A DNA stretch of 64,000 bases from Octopus sinensis. Taxonomy: Eukaryota. The first letter of the stretch is position 1, and each line of letters starts with the position of its first letter. Positions 59,937-64,000 of this stretch are shown one piece after another. The translations under genes were made by a program, and so were the position numbers. Below the pieces are notes generated by a model, which worked only from the letters and a program-made list of their open reading frames with translations, made no database searches and was not told where the DNA came from. Location of the stretch: NCBI RefSeq assembly GCF_006345805.1, contig NC_043005.1, forward strand, positions 92,194,001 through 92,258,000. The letters are read 5' to 3'.

Positions 59937-62900
59937 TCATCATCATCGTTTAGCGTCCGCTTTCCATGCTAGTTCCATGGACGGTTCAACTGGGGTTTGG
60001 GAAGCCAGAAGGCTGTACCAGGCCCAGTTTGATCTGGCAATGTTTCTATGGCTGGATGCCCTTCCTAACGCCAACCACTCCATGAGTGTAGTGGGTGCAT
60101 TTTATGTGCCACCAGCACAGGTGCCAGACGAGGCTGGCAAACGGCCATGATCGGAAGGTGCTTTCTACGTGCCACCAGCACGGAGGCAAGGTGAGGCTGG
60201 CAACGGCCATGATCGGATGGTGCTTTTTACGTGCCACCGGCACAGAGGCCAGTCGGGGTGGCACTGGCAATGGCCACGTTCGGATGGTTCTCTTATGCGC
60301 CACCGGCACTAGTATCACAGCTACAATTACCATTGATGTTGATCAATTTCGATTTTGATTTTCACTTGCCTCAACAGGTCTTAACAAGTAGAGTTTCATG
60401 TCCCAAGAAGGAAAAGTATGCATAAGTGGACTGGCTACAGGTAGAGGCCACGGGTTATGGTCTCACTTGTCCTGCTGGGTCTTCTCACGCACAGCATACT
60501 TCCATAGGTCTCGGTCTCTTGTCATTTCCTCGGTGAGACCTAAAGTTCGAAGGTCGTGCTTCACCACCTCGTCCCAGGTTTTCCTGGGTCTTCCTCTTCC
60601 ACAGGTTCCCTCAACCGCTAGGGTGTGGCACTTCTTCACACAACTATCTTCATCCATTCTTGCCACATGACCATACTAGCACAAACGTGTCTCTTGCACA
60701 CCACAACTGATGCTTCTTAGGTTCAACTTTTCTCTCAAGGTACTTACACTCTGTCGAGTATGAACACTGACATTACACATCCATCGGAGCATACTGGCTT
60801 CATTTCTTGCATGCTTACGCATATCCTCAGCAGTCACGGCCCAAGTTTCACTGCCATGTAGCATGGCTGTTCGTACACATGCATCATACAGTCTGCCTTT
60901 TACTCTGAGCGAGAGGCCTTTTGTCACTAGCAGAGGTAAGAGCTCTCTGAACTTTGCCCAGGCTATTCTTACTCTAGCAGTTACACTTTCAACACACCCG
61001 CCCCCGCTACTGACTTGGTCACCTAGGTAACAGAAGCTATCAACTATTTCTAGGTTTTCTCCCTGGAATGTGGTGGAAGTTGGTCTCGGCACATTTTCAG
61101 TGTTTATTGCTCCTGAGCATCTGCTACATACAAAAACGATCTTCCTAGTTAGCCTTCCTTTGACGTTGCTGCACCTCTTATGTGTCCCTACCTTACACTT
61201 GGTGCATCTTATAGAGTTTCTACCTACGCCTTTTCTACAGATTGAGCAGGGCCATCTACCTGAAGGCGTTTGTGATTTGCCTGCCTTCCTACTTATTAGG
61301 ACTTTGGTTTTAGCTAGGTTGACTCTAAGGCCCTTTGATTCTAATCCTTGCTTCCACACCTGAAACTTCTCCTCCAGTTCTGATAGTGACTCAGCAATTA
61401 GAGCAAGGTCATCAGCGTAGAGGAGCTCCCAGGGGCATCCTGTCTTGAATTCCTCCATTATTGCCTGGAAGACTATGATAAATAGGAGGGGGCTGAGGAC
61501 TGAACTTTGGTGGACCCCTACCTCTACCCGGAATTCTTCACTGTACTCGTTGCCAACCCTCACGGCTTGCACAGCTCTCACTAACCATTCATCTATCCCT
61601 AGTTTCCTCATTGACCACCAGATAAGGGATTGGGGTACCCTGTCGAAGGCTTACTCCATGTCAACGAAAGCCAGGTATAGGGGCTTATCTTTGGCTAGGT
61701 ATTTCTCCAGTCATTGGGTATGACTCCTTCGTGTATCACCTGGTTAACTATACAGGTGACTAGGCTATAGCTGACACTGCCAGATATTTTGAGCATCTCT
61801 GCAGTAATTCCTGATGGCCTTGGGGCTTTCTCTGTCTTCATGCTTCTAATTGCCTTAACTACCAAGGAACTGTCAACTCAGATAGCTGGTCCCTCTGTTG
61901 GGTTGACATTCGGCAGACTCTCTTTCTCCCATTCATTTTCTTTATTCAGCAACATTTCATAGTGGCGTCTCCAAACCTCTCTCTTTGCATCCTCATTTAG
62001 CGCAAGTGAACCATCATCCATGCGAACAATTTCTCTCCTACCACATCATGATTCTCTCTCACACACTGTCTTGCAACACGAAATACTTCAAGTCTTTGGT
62101 CCTCACGGTGCAGAACATTGGCAAATTTTTTCTTATCAGCTTCCCCTCTGGCTAAATAAACCTGTCTCCTAGCTTCCCTTTTGGCAGTCTGATACAATTC
62201 CCTGCTTCCACCATTCTTCCAGTCCTTCCAAGCCTGTCTCTTTTCTCTAATAGTCTACAACATTGTTCCACCACCACGTTATTTTGGGTCGAGAGGGGAC
62301 TTTGCACCAGCCACAGATCTGGTCAGTGGCTCTCAGCAGGTTGTCCCTTAGAAACGTCCAGTTGTCTTCTACCCCATGTGAAGCTCTATCCCCTTCTACT
62401 TCATCAAAGGCTTCAAGTAATATGTCCCTAAGTCTCTGTCCATTCGCAGGATCTTTAAGCTTTCAGATCCTTCATCTCCATGTTGGTCGTCTTCTGGTTG
62501 TCCTCTTAGTCCTGATCCTAAAGTCACTAACTACCAGTCTATGTTGTGGGGCACATTCTTCTCCTGGGAAGGTTTTGGCATTTATAAGCAGCCATCTTTC
62601 CCTTTTCCTGGCAAGGATGTAGTCAATTTGGCTAGTATGTCGGCCCGATCGGTAGGTGACCAAGTGGCTTGTCGGTTTCCTGAAGTTAGTGTTGCAAACC
62701 ATAAGATCATTTGCATCACAGAACTCCAGCAGCCTGGTTCCCTCCTCATTGTGTGAACCATAACCATGGCCTCCATGTACACCATGGAAGCCCCCAGCAT
62801 GTTGTCCAACATGCCCATTGAAGTCACCAGCCACAAAGAGAAGGTCTCTGTTGTTCGTCAACGAGGTAGTCTGCAGTAGGGTGTCATAGAATCGGTCTTT

Positions 62901-63700
62901 CTGTCCATTGGGTAGCCCCAGCTGAGGTGCATAGGCCGATATAATGGTTGCTAATCCATGATGAATCACTAATCTAATTTTAAGTATTCTGTCATTTACT
63001 CTGATTACCTCAATTACCTTATCTACCCATTTTTCAGCGATAAGTATACCCACGCCCCCAACCCCGTCAGTGTTCCCTGCCCAGAAAAACCTTGTACCTG
63101 TGTTCTTTGCCTGTGAAGAACCTAGCAGACCCTCCTCTCCACTTTACTTCTTGGATGCAACATATATCAACACGTCGCCGATCAAGCATCTCGACAATCT
63201 CGCCAGACCTACCTTTCAGTGTGCCAACATTGAGAGTGCCAACCCTGAGGGTGTGGGAGGTATGGGCCCTAGAGACCCTGGGACGGGGAACAGTGGCGTC
63301 ATGTACCTGAAAAGAGAGCTCACATTTGGCAGAATTCATAAGCAAACAATGATCTTAAGTTCAACCTGCTTACACTAAACTATCACGTTTTGCACTGTAT
63401 GATCACTACCTTATATAGTGGGGGTGGTGTTCGCGTAAGGCCTTTAGGTGTTCATGGGAGACAAGCAGAGGAAGACGAGATGAGATAAGGACTTCCGGTA
63501 AAGGTGGAGGGGGCGGAGGTGGGGCAGGCGAACTGGGAACAATGGGCAAGAAATTTAAGTGATAGAAAAGACCGATAGATGAGGGAGAAAGAGAAGATTA
63601 GAGACGAAAGGCTGTGTGATTGTGTGATAAGTTTTCATGAGTGAAAGAATATGTTGTGAGGAAATGCGTGAGCTAGGGTTTGAGACAAAAAAGACATCGA
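59937..63700 (-). mobile_element. Near-full-length RTE-clade LINE (APE endonuclease plus RT), inactive
   Basis: LRVGTLNVGTL..DICCIQE; ISAYAPQ; VAGDFNGHVG; SQIDYIL; QHRLVV; LAFVDME*AFD; LSPLLF; LYADDL; GRGRPRKTW. Stop at 60463, 3'UTR and (ATG)n tail. Frameshifts, stops and internal deletions. The 5' boundary near the (TA)n at about 63700 is approximate. Confidence 0.93.
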
Positions 63701-63829
63701 CAGTATATATATATATATATGTATGTATGTAATGTGTGTGTGCGTGTATATATATAAAGTTCATGTTCAGTTAAATGAAGGAAACAAAATGGAGAGCAAA
63801 GATAATGATAATAATAATGATGATGATGA

Positions 63830-63860
<31 letters not shown>

Positions 63861-63895
63861 CACACTTCTCATATATACATACACACACAAATGTA

Positions 63896-63950
<55 letters not shown>

Positions 63951-64000
63951 ATATGTATATATGTATATATATATAATTGTTACCGCCATATTAATATGGC

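Overview
Eukaryotic, AT-rich, microsatellite- and retroposon-dense DNA. It is most likely an octopod cephalopod (Octopus-like), inferred from the SINE/LINE repertoire and not proven. I hand-spliced two tandem + strand SLC22 (organic cation/anion/zwitterion transporter, MFS) paralogs using GT-AG junctions and phase continuity. Gene 1 has 9 exons at 5580-26780; its first coding exon was not found and probably lies upstream of the window. Gene 2 has 9 exons at 32027-58245; its terminal exon is unresolved. The paralogs share exon sizes 104/155/169/224/182/152 but differ at predicted substrate-pocket residues. Introns and intergenic DNA hold RTE-clade LINEs (one near full length), R4/Dong-like LINE fragments, Ty3/Gypsy fragments, a Tc1/mariner copy with TIRs, at least three tRNA-derived SINE families, hairpin elements with hammerhead-ribozyme-like cores and a 35-bp satellite. 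The most unusual structures are a LINE insertion with a twin-priming-type 5' inversion and a TSD, two long near-perfect palindromes inside gene 2 introns, and the hammerhead-like motifs. Most ORFs in the supplied track are TE fragments or microsatellite artefacts. No CRISPR array, rRNA or genuine tRNA gene is supported.
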